64,000 bases of DNA from contig JAGFWP010000030.1 in the NCBI GenBank assembly GCA_017639935.1, forward strand, positions 1,722-65,721, in the 5' to 3' direction. Under the pieces are notes generated by a model. That model did not search any database and was not told the DNA's origin. It saw only the letters and a program-made list of their open reading frames with translations. Each line of letters opens with the position of its first letter. The stretch's first letter is position 1. Below, piece after piece: positions 1 through 9,379 of this stretch. Made by a program: the position numbers and the translations under genes. This DNA is from Pelagibacteraceae bacterium (lineage in GTDB: Bacteria > Pseudomonadota > Alphaproteobacteria > HIMB59 > GCA-002718135).

Positions 1-459
1 ACAAACTACCTTAAAAAAATAAATCTCGGACAGTCTTTAAAAGGAAAAAAAATAGATAAAAAAATTATTCGGGAAGAAATTTTTTTCAACATAAAAAAAA
101 GAAAACTATTAGAAAGCTACATTCACACAGAAGTTAAGAAATCCAGGAACCTTTTTATAAAAAAACACAAACAAAAAAAAACAAAAATTATCTTTTTAGA
201 CATACCTCTGTTGTTTGAAAATAAACTTGAAAAAATTTGTGATTTTACCATATTGTTTTATGCCCCCCTGGCAACAAGAAAAGAGCGCGCAATAAGAAGA
301 AGGGGCATGCAAAAAAAAATATTGGAAAAAATTATTGAAAGTCAGCTAAGCGATAAAATAAAAAAAAAGAAAGCAGACTTTATTGTTGATACGTCGGCAA
401 ATAAAAGCCATTGTTTCAATGAAGTTTTAAAAATAATTGAATTAATAAAAAACAAATAA
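1..459 (+). CDS. coaE: dephospho-CoA kinase, 5'-truncated by the window edge
   Basis: Frame 1 is open from nt 1 to TAA at 457-459. The translation ...KIIFLDIPLLFENKLEKICDF... carries the D-x-PLLFE motif typical of CoaE. The ORF-track start at 211 (TTG) is internal. dnaQ follows 1 nt later. Confidence 0.75.
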   Translation, partial: TNYLKKINLGQSLKGKKIDKKIIREEIFFNIKKRKLLESYIHTEVKKSRNLFIKKHKQKKTKIIFLDIPLLFENKLEKICDFTILFYAPLATRKERAIRRRGMQKKILEKIIESQLSDKIKKKKADFIVDTSANKSHCFNEVLKIIELIKNK

Positions 460-460
460 A

Positions 461-1141
461 ATGCGAGAAATAATTTTAGACACGGAAACAACAGGACTTA
501 ATTATATGGGGGGCGACAGAATAATTGAAGTTGGCTGTGTCGAACTAATAAACCATATTTCCACAGGAAAAAACTTACAATTTTATTGCTCAACAAGCAG
601 AAAAATAGGCGAGGATGCAAAAAAAATTCATGGCCTTACTAATGAATTTTTAAACAAACATCTGGCCTTTAAAGAACATTTAAATAATTTTTTTGATTTT
701 ATTAAAAACGACACCCTAATCATACATAACGCGGAATTTGATGTGGGTTTTCTTAACAACGAACTTAAATTGATTGGTGCAAAATCCATTACAAATAAAA
801 TTATTGATACAATGCTGCTTGCAAGAAAAAAACTAAACACCAGAATAACAAACCTTGACCACCTTTGCAGAAGATTCTCCATAGACCTAAGTTCTCGAAA
901 ATTACACGGCGCTCTTTTAGATTGTCATTTATTAGCCGAGGTGTATCTGGAATTGTTGGGAGGAAAACAAACCTCACTAAATCTTCCGGAATTTAAAAAA
1001 AACAACACGAACCCCACAAATAAACCCCTGGCGAACAAAAACAATATTAGCAAGATTAAGCTAACCAAAGAAGAAGTACAATCCCACAAAGAGTTTGTTG
1101 GAAGTATAAAAAACGCCCTGTGGCATAAATTGGACTACTAA
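461..1141 (+). CDS. dnaQ: DNA polymerase III epsilon subunit (3'-5' exonuclease)
   Basis: The three exonuclease motifs are present: ILDTETTGL (Exo I), IIHNAEFDVGFL (Exo II) and HGALLDCHLLAEVY (Exo III epsilon). Confidence 0.9.
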   Translation: MREIILDTETTGLNYMGGDRIIEVGCVELINHISTGKNLQFYCSTSRKIGEDAKKIHGLTNEFLNKHLAFKEHLNNFFDFIKNDTLIIHNAEFDVGFLNNELKLIGAKSITNKIIDTMLLARKKLNTRITNLDHLCRRFSIDLSSRKLHGALLDCHLLAEVYLELLGGKQTSLNLPEFKKNNTNPTNKPLANKNNISKIKLTKEEVQSHKEFVGSIKNALWHKLDY

Positions 1142-1170
1142 AAACATTTATTTAATTATATAGGGTATTT

Positions 1171-1758
1171 GTGATTTATGGAGATTTACAAATTTTTGAT
1201 ATAATTATTTTTGCAGGAATTGCAGTTTTTTTGGTTTTTCGATTAAGGAACGTGTTGGGCAAAAGAACTGGTTTTGAAAAAAACCCCAGCAACAACGTGG
1301 GCGCCAAACCAACCAAAACTAAAGAGGCCCCAGCAAACAACATTCCAGAATTAGAAGAAAAAATATCCAAACTTAAAACAGCCTACGAAACAATTGATGA
1401 TTTTAATCATAAAATATTCTTGGAAGGCGCCAAAAGAGCGTTTGAAGCTATTATTAACGCCTTCAACAAAGGAGATAAAAAAACACTGAAAAAACTAGTT
1501 ACGGAAGATGTTTTTAAATCTTTTGAAAAAGCAATAGATGCAAAAAATATCAATCCCGAATATCAATTTTATTCATTAAACATTGAAGGAGTTGAAAAAG
1601 TGTTTGTGGAAGGAAATCACATTAAAATATGTATTAAATTTGTAAGTGAGCAGTTTAAAAACAATGATGAAAACACAGTAGTAAAAAAACAGGATAGTTG
1701 GACTTTTGAAAAAACCATATCTTCAAGAGATCCAAACTGGCTGCTTTCTTCAACCTAA
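1171..1758 (+). CDS. Tim44-like domain membrane protein
   Basis: It has an N-terminal TM segment (IIIFAGIAVFLVF) and a C-terminal domain ending ...DSWTFEKTISSRDPNWLLSST, as in alphaproteobacterial Tim44 homologues. The start is GTG. Confidence 0.7.
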   Translation: MIYGDLQIFDIIIFAGIAVFLVFRLRNVLGKRTGFEKNPSNNVGAKPTKTKEAPANNIPELEEKISKLKTAYETIDDFNHKIFLEGAKRAFEAIINAFNKGDKKTLKKLVTEDVFKSFEKAIDAKNINPEYQFYSLNIEGVEKVFVEGNHIKICIKFVSEQFKNNDENTVVKKQDSWTFEKTISSRDPNWLLSST

Positions 1759-1759
1759 A

Positions 1760-2203
1760 TTGTCTAATTTTTCTCAATTAAAATCTAGAATAAAAAAAAA
1801 CGAAGGCTATAGCAACCAGATTTACTATGATCAGGCTGGGAAACCAACGATAGGCTTTGGCCATCTAATTAAAAAAAGAGAAAAATTTCTACATCAAAAA
1901 AAATATTCAAAAATATACCTAAATAAACTCTTTGAAGAGGACTTTAGTTCGGCCTTAAGCGATTTTAATAATAGCTATAAAACAAAAAATTTATCAAGAA
2001 ATTCACAAGAAGTATTATTAGAAATGATTTTTCAACTCGGAATAAAAAATTGCCTAAACTTTAAAAAATTTAATAAATCATTAAAAAAAAAATTACCGCA
2101 TATGGCTGCGCTGGAAATGTTAAATAGTCTTTGGCATACTCAGACACCCAAGAGAGTTGAAAAGCTAATTGATTTATTGGTGGAATACAAAAATGCCAAA
2201 TAA
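1760..2203 (+). CDS. T4-type lysozyme (glycoside hydrolase family 24-like), no signal peptide
   Basis: KKNEGYSNQIYYDQAGKPTIGFGHL aligns to T4 lysozyme [23 protein letters not shown] with the E..(9)..D..(6)..T catalytic spacing kept. Also EMIFQLG (T4: NMVFQMG) and WHTQTPKRVEKL (T4: WYNQTPNRAKRV). The start is uncertain: TTG at 1760 just after the Tim44-like stop, or TTG at 1706. Confidence 0.75.
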   Translation: MSNFSQLKSRIKKNEGYSNQIYYDQAGKPTIGFGHLIKKREKFLHQKKYSKIYLNKLFEEDFSSALSDFNNSYKTKNLSRNSQEVLLEMIFQLGIKNCLNFKKFNKSLKKKLPHMAALEMLNSLWHTQTPKRVEKLIDLLVEYKNAK

Positions 2204-2744
2204 AGACGACAATAACATTTTCTTACAATCTCTTGATGAGGTTAAGCCAATAAAAAAAAACAACAAAATTACCAGGCCCATACCAAAACCAATAAAATCA
2301 AACACTCCAAGGACAATTATAAAAGAAGCAGAAAGTGACAGAATTTATGAAAAGGCAAAAAATGCCGCTACACAACAAAAAATAACAATTCAAAAAAATG
2401 AAATAAATAAGAAATTAAAAAAAAATAAAATTCCAATAAATAGAAAAATTGATTTTCACGGATGTTCTCTTGATGAAGCAAAAAAAATTTTTTTTAACAC
2501 AATTAATGATTGTTTCTCAAAAAATTATAGATGTATTTTATTTATAACCGGAAAAGGATCTATAAAAAAAGAAAATGACTACTCTCAGGACACGTTGCTT
2601 TATTATGGCAAAATAAGAAATAATTTTCTTAATTGGGTAAATCACAGCACCGCTCAATCTAAAATTTTAAATGTTCAACAGGCAAACGCCAAAATTGGAG
2701 GAGACGGAGCTTTTTTCGTCTATTTAAGAAAAAACAAAAACTAA
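2193..2744 (+). CDS. Smr (MutS2 C-terminal-like) domain protein
   Basis: The C-terminal Smr domain reads IDFHGCSLDEAKKIFFNTINDC...CILFITGKG. ATG at 2193 is preferred over the ORF-track TTG at 2169. It overlaps the lysozyme stop by 11 nt. Confidence 0.75.
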   Translation: MPNKDDNNIFLQSLDEVKPIKKNNKITRPIPKPIKSNTPRTIIKEAESDRIYEKAKNAATQQKITIQKNEINKKLKKNKIPINRKIDFHGCSLDEAKKIFFNTINDCFSKNYRCILFITGKGSIKKENDYSQDTLLYYGKIRNNFLNWVNHSTAQSKILNVQQANAKIGGDGAFFVYLRKNKN

Positions 2745-3439
2745 GTTTTTCTTAATTTATATATAAGTCCTTTAAATTTTATTTTAATAACCTCAGGCAT
2801 TGAAAAAGCTCCTTCATTATATTCTTGTTTTATCTCAATATACTCTAAATTATTTTTTTTATGGTCAGCCCAAATATTCACATAATCCTCGATTAATATT
2901 TTTTTTATTTCTCCAGTCGCATAGTTATTTTGTTTTTCAACCATCATTGAATAAATGCGTCGACCATCGATAGTTTTTGATTTCTTTTTTCCAATCAATA
3001 TATTTAAAAAAGATGACAGCGGATCAAAATGATTTTCAATTTCATTATACTCGACTCTTGCCTGCTCTTTTTCATAAGGAAATATTTCTAATCCAATTAC
3101 TGAATGATTGTCAAAAATAATTTCAACTTCCCTTCTCTTTTTTTTTGTTAACCATAATTGTTTGTACATTAAGGGCATCAAGGAGCCTTTCATAACACTT
3201 CCAGCAGCCTCATAACTTCCTTCAAATTTATATAGTTTAGATAGAAAACCCTTGCTTTTCAGTTTAATTAAAACTTTATAACTATCGTTAGACATTTTAA
3301 CGTCCCATAATAGTCTTCCAATGTCAATTTTACCTATTTCAACGACGTATGTTTCTTTAAAATCTTCAGCAAACAAAGTGGAAAAATTTGTGAATATAAA
3401 AAAAACCAAAACAACAATAGGTTTAAAATACAATTTCAT
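2741..3439 (-). CDS. secreted protein, DUF3108-like
   Basis: It has a signal peptide (MKLYFKPIVVLVFFIFTNFSTLFA) and a beta-rich repeat-like pattern (YVVEIGKIDIGRLLWDVKMSNDSYKVLIKLKS...) reminiscent of DUF3108. It is the last gene of the minus-strand PAP2-GT operon. The family assignment is from memory only. Confidence 0.4.
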   Translation of the reverse strand: MKLYFKPIVVLVFFIFTNFSTLFAEDFKETYVVEIGKIDIGRLLWDVKMSNDSYKVLIKLKSKGFLSKLYKFEGSYEAAGSVMKGSLMPLMYKQLWLTKKKRREVEIIFDNHSVIGLEIFPYEKEQARVEYNEIENHFDPLSSFLNILIGKKKSKTIDGRRIYSMMVEKQNNYATGEIKKILIEDYVNIWADHKKNNLEYIEIKQEYNEGAFSMPEVIKIKFKGLIYKLRKT

Positions 3440-4823
3440 AAATTTTTATTGGTTCTTTATTAAACGGGACAGTTTTTATATCAACAAGATTTATAGTATG
3501 TTTATTTCTTAAATAACCAATCTCTTCTACATATCCCAAAAAAATAAAATTATTATGAAAATCGGCCGGCAATGGATTGGTAATTTGAAAATGATGTCCC
3601 CATCGCATATTAGGACCAAAGGGCACATACATTTGTATTTCACTATTATAAAAAAAGTAACTTAAATTTGAAAACAACATTCTATCACTTATGACAAGAT
3701 TATTAATTTGTCCTAGATTGTTACGAGCTATTAATGAATTAGCAAAAGAGCTAATTCCAGAAATTTTATTAAAAGGCCCATAAGGTGCGCCTATTCCTAT
3801 GAGGAAAAAAAAACATAAGCCGAAAAAAAAATTTGCAATGTTATTAATAAAAATTAATTTTTTACTATACTTAAAAGTTATATGCACAAAAAGAATCAAG
3901 AAAGAGATTAAAGAAACCGCAGCCCAATTAGCGTTGGCCCTAACTAAAAAGCTTTCAAACAACATAATAACAAATACTGGCAGGGAAAAAATAAGGAGAA
4001 ACCTTGTGTTAAAATCATTAATGATATTTTTTACAAACCCAAAAATAAAAAATAAGAAAATTAGAGGACCAACCATTATAATTTGACTTCCAACAAATTT
4101 TAAGCTTTCAGTGAAATGCAAACCGGATCTATCTAGTGCAGCATTATCAGCGGTATGTTCAAAAGTAACCCAGTTATTATTCATATTCCAGATGATATTT
4201 GGCGCAATTATCACAATAAAAGTTAGGATGAAGCTGAGGAAGAATAATTTGTTTTTGAAAAAAATATTTTTCATTGTTTTTTCAAACAATAAAAATATTA
4301 TGGAAACAATAAAATAAATTGCTGCATATTTAGCCAGGAAAGCTAAGCCCACGAACACACCCAATAAAATAAAATTTAAAATACTTGGTTTTTCTTTAAT
4401 AATTAGTGTTTGTAATAAGGCTAAGGACCAAAACAAAACCAGAATAATGTCTGTAGAAACCAAGAAAGAGGAAACACTAACGGCGGGCATAAGAAAAAAA
4501 GATGTTGCTGTTAAAAGGGCTAGATCAAGATTCTTATATAGCTTTTTAGAAATTAAAAAAATAACATAGGAATTAAGACAATACATAAGGACTGAAATCA
4601 TTTTTATTACAAAAAAACTATTGCCAAAAAAAGAACAAACAAGAGCAATTATTCCAGGCAACAGAGGGGGTTTAGAAAAATATCCAAAATCAAGATTTTT
4701 AGACCACAACCAATATTGCGCCTCATCCCCAAATAAATCAAAATTTGTTAAATAAATAGATATAAATTTAATTATCAAGAAAACAAAACACAAAACAAAT
4801 AAAAAATAATTTGAATTAGTCAT
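3423..4823 (-). CDS. GT-C fold glycosyltransferase (ArnT / PMT_2 family, family 39/83-like)
   Basis: It is a polytopic membrane protein with the N-terminal periplasmic-loop motif LFGDEAQYWLWSKNLDFGYFSKPPLLP, typical of ArnT/dolichyl-phosphate-mannose transferase-like enzymes. Confidence 0.75.
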   Translation of the reverse strand: MTNSNYFLFVLCFVFLIIKFISIYLTNFDLFGDEAQYWLWSKNLDFGYFSKPPLLPGIIALVCSFFGNSFFVIKMISVLMYCLNSYVIFLISKKLYKNLDLALLTATSFFLMPAVSVSSFLVSTDIILVLFWSLALLQTLIIKEKPSILNFILLGVFVGLAFLAKYAAIYFIVSIIFLLFEKTMKNIFFKNKLFFLSFILTFIVIIAPNIIWNMNNNWVTFEHTADNAALDRSGLHFTESLKFVGSQIIMVGPLIFLFFIFGFVKNIINDFNTRFLLIFSLPVFVIMLFESFLVRANANWAAVSLISFLILFVHITFKYSKKLIFINNIANFFFGLCFFFLIGIGAPYGPFNKISGISSFANSLIARNNLGQINNLVISDRMLFSNLSYFFYNSEIQMYVPFGPNMRWGHHFQITNPLPADFHNNFIFLGYVEEIGYLRNKHTINLVDIKTVPFNKEPIKIYEIVF

Positions 4824-6147
4824 ATTTATTAAAATAATATTTCATTTGAAAATAATAACTTAAATATAAAAGTATTGCAGCCATAACAATATCACTAACG
4901 AAATGACCACCCTCCATTATTCTGACTAATCCAATGCCGAACCCAAAAAACAACGATGCCCAAAAATATACAATTCTTTTGGTTAAAAAATAAAAAGCAA
5001 TAAGAGAAAAACCAACCGAAGCATCACCAGAGACAAAAGAACAGTTGCTAGTACAAGCATCCGAGATTTGAAACCAGGGTGTAAAATTTTCTTTACCTCC
5101 TAATTGTAATATATCTCCCGGCCTTGCCCTTCCCCAAATATTTTTAAAAAAAAGATTAACAACTATTCCCAGATTAAAAATACCGGTTACCCATAAAAAA
5201 AGAATATCACTAAATTTAAATTCATATTTTAAATAGAGATTTTTAATAGGTAAAAAAATTGAAAAAATTGGTAAAATAAAAATGTAAATTATAATACCAG
5301 GCAGGATAATTTTTCTAACAAAAATGGTTGTGTAATAATAATCTTGAAGAAAAAATTGATTATTTCCAAAATAAAACAAACGACTTAGATAAATATCAAC
5401 AGACGAACCAACAGACAGAAAGACAGATAAAAATAAAAATACAACCAACGATAAATAAAATTTATTGTTAAAAAGTGAATTTGTCTGTTTGTTTATTATA
5501 TTTGGGAAACGCTTATCAAGGAAGGATCTTGTTAACTTTACACCCAAATACGAAACGATTATTCCACCAAGCACATCCGTAAAAAAATGCGCCTCCACAA
5601 CTACTCTACTAAAAGCAATTACTCCAGCCAATGAGATAAAAAAATATTTTAGTTTTGGTAAAAGATATGAAGCCACTAAAGCAACAACAAATATTGTTGA
5701 AGTGTGTCCAGAAGGAAAGGAATGAAATTCAGAACTTAAGTTAAAAAAATTAAATTCAAGACCACCATCAAACGACGTATAATTGGGCCTTGGCCTTCCA
5801 ACAATATGTTTTAGTAGTTGTGTTATTAGCCCACCAGCTATCAATGACAAACTCAAGAAGATACTAAAATTATTACAAATCTTGATGATATTTTTATGGT
5901 TATAATAATAGTTTGTTTTTTTTATAAAATAACAAAAAATAATCACAAAAAATGATGAAACAAAATACCATTTAGAATCCCCCAAAACAGTAATTTGTTT
6001 AAAAAAATCTTTTAAATAAATGCTTTCAAATGATTTGCTAGAATTATGAAAAAAATTATAAAAACCAATATCAACACTGTTTGAAATAAAAATACTGATA
6101 AGCAAAAGTACCAATATCAATAATTCTATTTTAAATTTTTTTATCAC
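4816..6147 (-). CDS. tandem PAP2 (type 2 phosphatidic acid phosphatase) membrane phosphatase
   Basis: Domain 1 is canonical: KHIVGRPRP / PSGHTS / SRVVVEAHFFTD. Domain 2 reads KNIWGRARP / SGDAS / VRIMEGGHFVSD, so the PSGH His is replaced by Asp. It overlaps the downstream GT gene by 8 nt. Confidence 0.75.
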   Translation of the reverse strand: MIKKFKIELLILVLLLISIFISNSVDIGFYNFFHNSSKSFESIYLKDFFKQITVLGDSKWYFVSSFFVIIFCYFIKKTNYYYNHKNIIKICNNFSIFLSLSLIAGGLITQLLKHIVGRPRPNYTSFDGGLEFNFFNLSSEFHSFPSGHTSTIFVVALVASYLLPKLKYFFISLAGVIAFSRVVVEAHFFTDVLGGIIVSYLGVKLTRSFLDKRFPNIINKQTNSLFNNKFYLSLVVFLFLSVFLSVGSSVDIYLSRLFYFGNNQFFLQDYYYTTIFVRKIILPGIIIYIFILPIFSIFLPIKNLYLKYEFKFSDILFLWVTGIFNLGIVVNLFFKNIWGRARPGDILQLGGKENFTPWFQISDACTSNCSFVSGDASVGFSLIAFYFLTKRIVYFWASLFFGFGIGLVRIMEGGHFVSDIVMAAILLYLSYYFQMKYYFNKYD

Positions 6148-6185
6148 GCCCGATGGTTAGGCAAGGTTGATTCAAAAATCAATAA

Positions 6186-7499
6186 TTAAAGTATAAATTT
6201 AGACAAGTCCTGACTCTTAATTAGCTCACCAAGATTTTTTTCAACATATTCTGTGTTAATATTGATTTTTTGAGGTTCCATATCAGACGCATTATAGCTA
6301 ACATCTTCAAGAAGCTTTTCCATAATTGTGTGTAATCTTCTAGCTCCAATATTTTCAACATTTTGGTTTATTTCAGTCGCAAGCTCTGCAATTTTATCAA
6401 TACCATCGTTATCAAATATCAATTCCACCTTTTCTGTTCCAAGCAAGCCTATATATTGTTTTATTAGGCTGTTTTGAGTTTCTGTTAATATTAATTTAAA
6501 GTCATCTTTAGATAAACTTTCAAGCTCAACCCTAATGGGCAATCGTCCTTGTAGTTCCGGAAGCATATCAGATGGTTTTGATGTGTGAAAAGAGCCTGAG
6601 GTAATAAATAAAATGTAATCTGTTTTTACAACGCCATGTTTAGTGCTAACTGTAGTGCCTTCAATTAATGGCAATAAATCCCTTTGCACACCCTCTCTTG
6701 ATACATCTGCACCAACCTTTTCACTGCGAGAAGTAATTTTATCTATTTCATCAATAAAAACTATTCCGTTTTGTTCCACATCTTCTAATGCTTTATTAAT
6801 TATTCTATCATTATCAAGAAGTTTATCGATTTCTTCTTGAAGCAGGTAGGAATGCGATTCTTCCACTGTCATTTTTTTATTTTTTTTAGGAGCTGAAAAA
6901 GATTTTCCAAAAACATCACCAAGATTTATCATTCCCATTTGAGACCCGGGCATTCCTGGTATGTCCATTGTTGGCAAACTAAAAGATGAATTGGATGAAA
7001 CAGCAATCTCAACTTCATTATTATTTAATTCACCGCTTCTTAATTTTTTTCTAAAACTTTCTCTAGTAGATACACTTGCTGTTTTAGAAACTAAAACATC
7101 AAGTATTTTCTCCTCAGCGTTTTTTTCTGCATGGGTCTTAACTTCTTTACTCATTTGAATTTTCGTTTTACCAATACTAGTTTCGACAAGGTCTCTAATT
7201 ATCTGCTCAACATCTCTTCCAACATAACCAACTTCCGTAAATTTTGTTGCCTCAACTTTGATAAAAGGAGCATTAGCTAATTTTGCTAGCCGTCTTGAAA
7301 TTTCTGTTTTGCCGCAACCAGTTGGTCCGACCATTAAAATATTTTTTGGTAAGATTTCCTCCTTCAAACTATCAGGCAGCTGCTTTCTTCTCCATCTGTT
7401 TCTTAAGGCAACAGCAACAGCCTTTTTTGCATTTGTTTGTCCTATGATAAATTTATCAAGCTCCGACACTACCTCTCTTGGACTAAAACTTAACTCCAT
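6186..7499 (-). CDS. hslU: ATP-dependent protease ATPase subunit HslU
   Basis: The N-terminus reads [30 protein letters not shown] and the Walker A motif is [15 protein letters not shown]. The whole sequence is HslU-like. Confidence 0.97.
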   Translation of the reverse strand: MELSFSPREVVSELDKFIIGQTNAKKAVAVALRNRWRRKQLPDSLKEEILPKNILMVGPTGCGKTEISRRLAKLANAPFIKVEATKFTEVGYVGRDVEQIIRDLVETSIGKTKIQMSKEVKTHAEKNAEEKILDVLVSKTASVSTRESFRKKLRSGELNNNEVEIAVSSNSSFSLPTMDIPGMPGSQMGMINLGDVFGKSFSAPKKNKKMTVEESHSYLLQEEIDKLLDNDRIINKALEDVEQNGIVFIDEIDKITSRSEKVGADVSREGVQRDLLPLIEGTTVSTKHGVVKTDYILFITSGSFHTSKPSDMLPELQGRLPIRVELESLSKDDFKLILTETQNSLIKQYIGLLGTEKVELIFDNDGIDKIAELATEINQNVENIGARRLHTIMEKLLEDVSYNASDMEPQKININTEYVEKNLGELIKSQDLSKFIL

Positions 7500-7501
7500 A
7501 A

Positions 7502-8050
7502 TTATGAGTTAATTTCTTCAAAAACTACATTATGGTTTGTGTAGACGCATATTTCAGCAGCTATATTCAGTGATTCAAGCGCCACTTCTTTTGCGTTCAT
7601 GCTTGTATTTTTTATAAGTGCTTTTGCAGCGCTATTCGCATATGGTCCACCAGAACCAATTGCTAATATGCCATCATCAGTTTCAATTACATCTCCAGTA
7701 CCAGATAATAACAAACTAACATTTTTATCAGCTACTATCATCATTGCTTCTAGACGGCGAAGGTATCGATCAGTCCTCCAGTCTTTTGCAAGTTCCACGC
7801 AAGCTCTTTTAAGCTGATCCTTATATTGATCCAATTTTGATTCAAGTCTTTCAAATAAAGCAAAAGCATCAGCAGTTGATCCAGCAAATCCAGTTATGAT
7901 AGAATTATTAGATCCAAGACGCCTGACTTTTTTCACATTAGCCTTCATTATGGTGTTGCCCATACTTACTTGTCCATCGCCCGCAATAACAACACTTTTG
8001 TTTTTTCTTATACCAATGATAGTTGTTGATTTAATAATGTTATTTTTCAT
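7502..8050 (-). CDS. hslV: ATP-dependent protease subunit HslV
   Basis: The motifs [10 protein letters not shown]...[13 protein letters not shown] and GSGGPYA are present. ATG at 8050 is preferred over the ORF-track start at 8074. Confidence 0.95.
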   Translation of the reverse strand: MKNNIIKSTTIIGIRKNKSVVIAGDGQVSMGNTIMKANVKKVRRLGSNNSIITGFAGSTADAFALFERLESKLDQYKDQLKRACVELAKDWRTDRYLRRLEAMMIVADKNVSLLLSGTGDVIETDDGILAIGSGGPYANSAAKALIKNTSMNAKEVALESLNIAAEICVYTNHNVVFEEINS

Positions 8051-8069
8051 TAATTTTCTTCTATTTACT

Positions 8070-8101
8070 ATCAAATGGCTATTTTAATTATTTAATCAAG
8101 T
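8070..8101 (-). promoter_or_regulatory. possible sigma32-type promoter of hslVU
   Basis: The minus strand reads CTTGATT, then 15 nt, then CCATTTGA, ending about 20 nt before the hslV ATG at 8050. It is only a partial match to the consensus. Confidence 0.3.
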
Positions 8102-8147
8102 GATTGGAGTAGAATATCCCCCTTTATGCTGATAAAAGGCCGCCGAT

Positions 8148-8735
8148 ATGAGAAAGAGTGAAGTAAAACGAAAAACTAATGAAACCGAGGTTGTTTGTAG
8201 CGTCAATCTAGATGGGGTTGGCAATGCCAATATTAATACTGGCATTGGTTTTTTTGATCATATGCTCGAAATTTTTTCACACCACAGCTTAATAGACATA
8301 GATCTAAAAGTAGTTGGAGATATACACGTTGACTTACATCACACAGTTGAGGATACTGGTTATGCTATTGCACAAACAATTATTAATTCTTTAGGTGATA
8401 AAAGAGGAATTAAAAGATTTGGTTTTTTTTATGTGCCAATGGATGAATGCCTCTCTCGGTGTGTAATTGATTTTTCTGGCAGGCCAGAACTTGTGCTGAA
8501 AATTGATTTAGGTTTAGAAAAAATTGGCGAAATGGATACTGAACTATTTTATGAATTTTTTAAAGCTTTTGTAAACGAGTCCAAATGCAATCTACACATA
8601 GAAAATTTTTATGGAAAAAACAACCACCACATAATCGAATCTTGTTTTAAATCTTTTGCAAAGAGCGTTCGTTTTGCGGTAGAAATTGACAATAGAATAA
8701 AAGACATTATTCCATCTTCTAAAGGATCCCTTTAG
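8148..8735 (+). CDS. hisB: imidazoleglycerol-phosphate dehydratase
   Basis: The motifs RKTNETEV, GIGFFDHML and DLHHTVEDTG are present. Confidence 0.95.
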   Translation: MRKSEVKRKTNETEVVCSVNLDGVGNANINTGIGFFDHMLEIFSHHSLIDIDLKVVGDIHVDLHHTVEDTGYAIAQTIINSLGDKRGIKRFGFFYVPMDECLSRCVIDFSGRPELVLKIDLGLEKIGEMDTELFYEFFKAFVNESKCNLHIENFYGKNNHHIIESCFKSFAKSVRFAVEIDNRIKDIIPSSKGSL

Positions 8736-8746
8736 TTTTTTTGTAA

Positions 8747-9379
8747 ATGATAAAAAATGTAGCCATTGTTGATTATGGACTTGGCAATATTTTATCAACC
8801 CAACAATCTTTTTTAAAAGTAGCCAATGATAACAATATTAAAGCAAATGTTATAATTACAAATCAACCAAGAAAAATTGCAGAATCAACCCACATAGTTC
8901 TGCCAGGACAAGGCGCATTTGAGACATGTATGAGAGGACTTTCAAGCATTCCTTATATGATCAATGAATTAACAAAAAGTGTTATTAACAACAAAACACC
9001 CTTTCTAGGAATTTGTGTTGGAATGCAATTGCTTGCAAACATCAGTTATGAAAATGGAGAACACAAAGGCTTAGGCTGGATTGATGGTCAAATAAAAAAA
9101 CTACCGACAAACAACATAAAACTACCGCATATGGGCTGGAATGAAGTAGAAATAATAAATAACAATAAGCTTGTTGAGAAAGGAAAATTGAACGAATATT
9201 ATTTCGTTCATAGCTACTTTTTTGATTGTGAATATAAAAAAAACATAATTGGAGAAACAGATTATGGAATAAATTTTACTTCATTTATCTCTAAAGAAAA
9301 TATATATGGAGTGCAATTTCACCCAGAAAAAAGCTCGAATCAAGGATTAGAATTAATAAAAAATTTTTTAAAACTATGA
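8747..9379 (+). CDS. hisH: imidazole glycerol phosphate synthase, glutaminase subunit
   Basis: The motifs GICVGMQLL (catalytic Cys), VHSYF and GVQFHPEKS are present. Confidence 0.95.
   Translation: MIKNVAIVDYGLGNILSTQQSFLKVANDNNIKANVIITNQPRKIAESTHIVLPGQGAFETCMRGLSSIPYMINELTKSVINNKTPFLGICVGMQLLANISYENGEHKGLGWIDGQIKKLPTNNIKLPHMGWNEVEIINNNKLVEKGKLNEYYFVHSYFFDCEYKKNIIGETDYGINFTSFISKENIYGVQFHPEKSSNQGLELIKNFLKL

Noticed and set aside
173-181. Long poly(A) tracts in coding sequence, for example A9 at 173-181, as phase-variation switches.
   Set aside because: Such tracts are frequent throughout this AT-rich, lysine-rich genome segment, and all affected ORFs are intact. Nothing suggests contingency-locus behaviour.
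1706-2203. The T4-type lysozyme as a marker of a prophage or phage remnant.
   Set aside because: No integrase, terminase, capsid, holin, att-like repeat or tRNA lies nearby. The flanks are conserved housekeeping genes (dnaQ, Tim44-like, Smr). It is treated as a domesticated gene.
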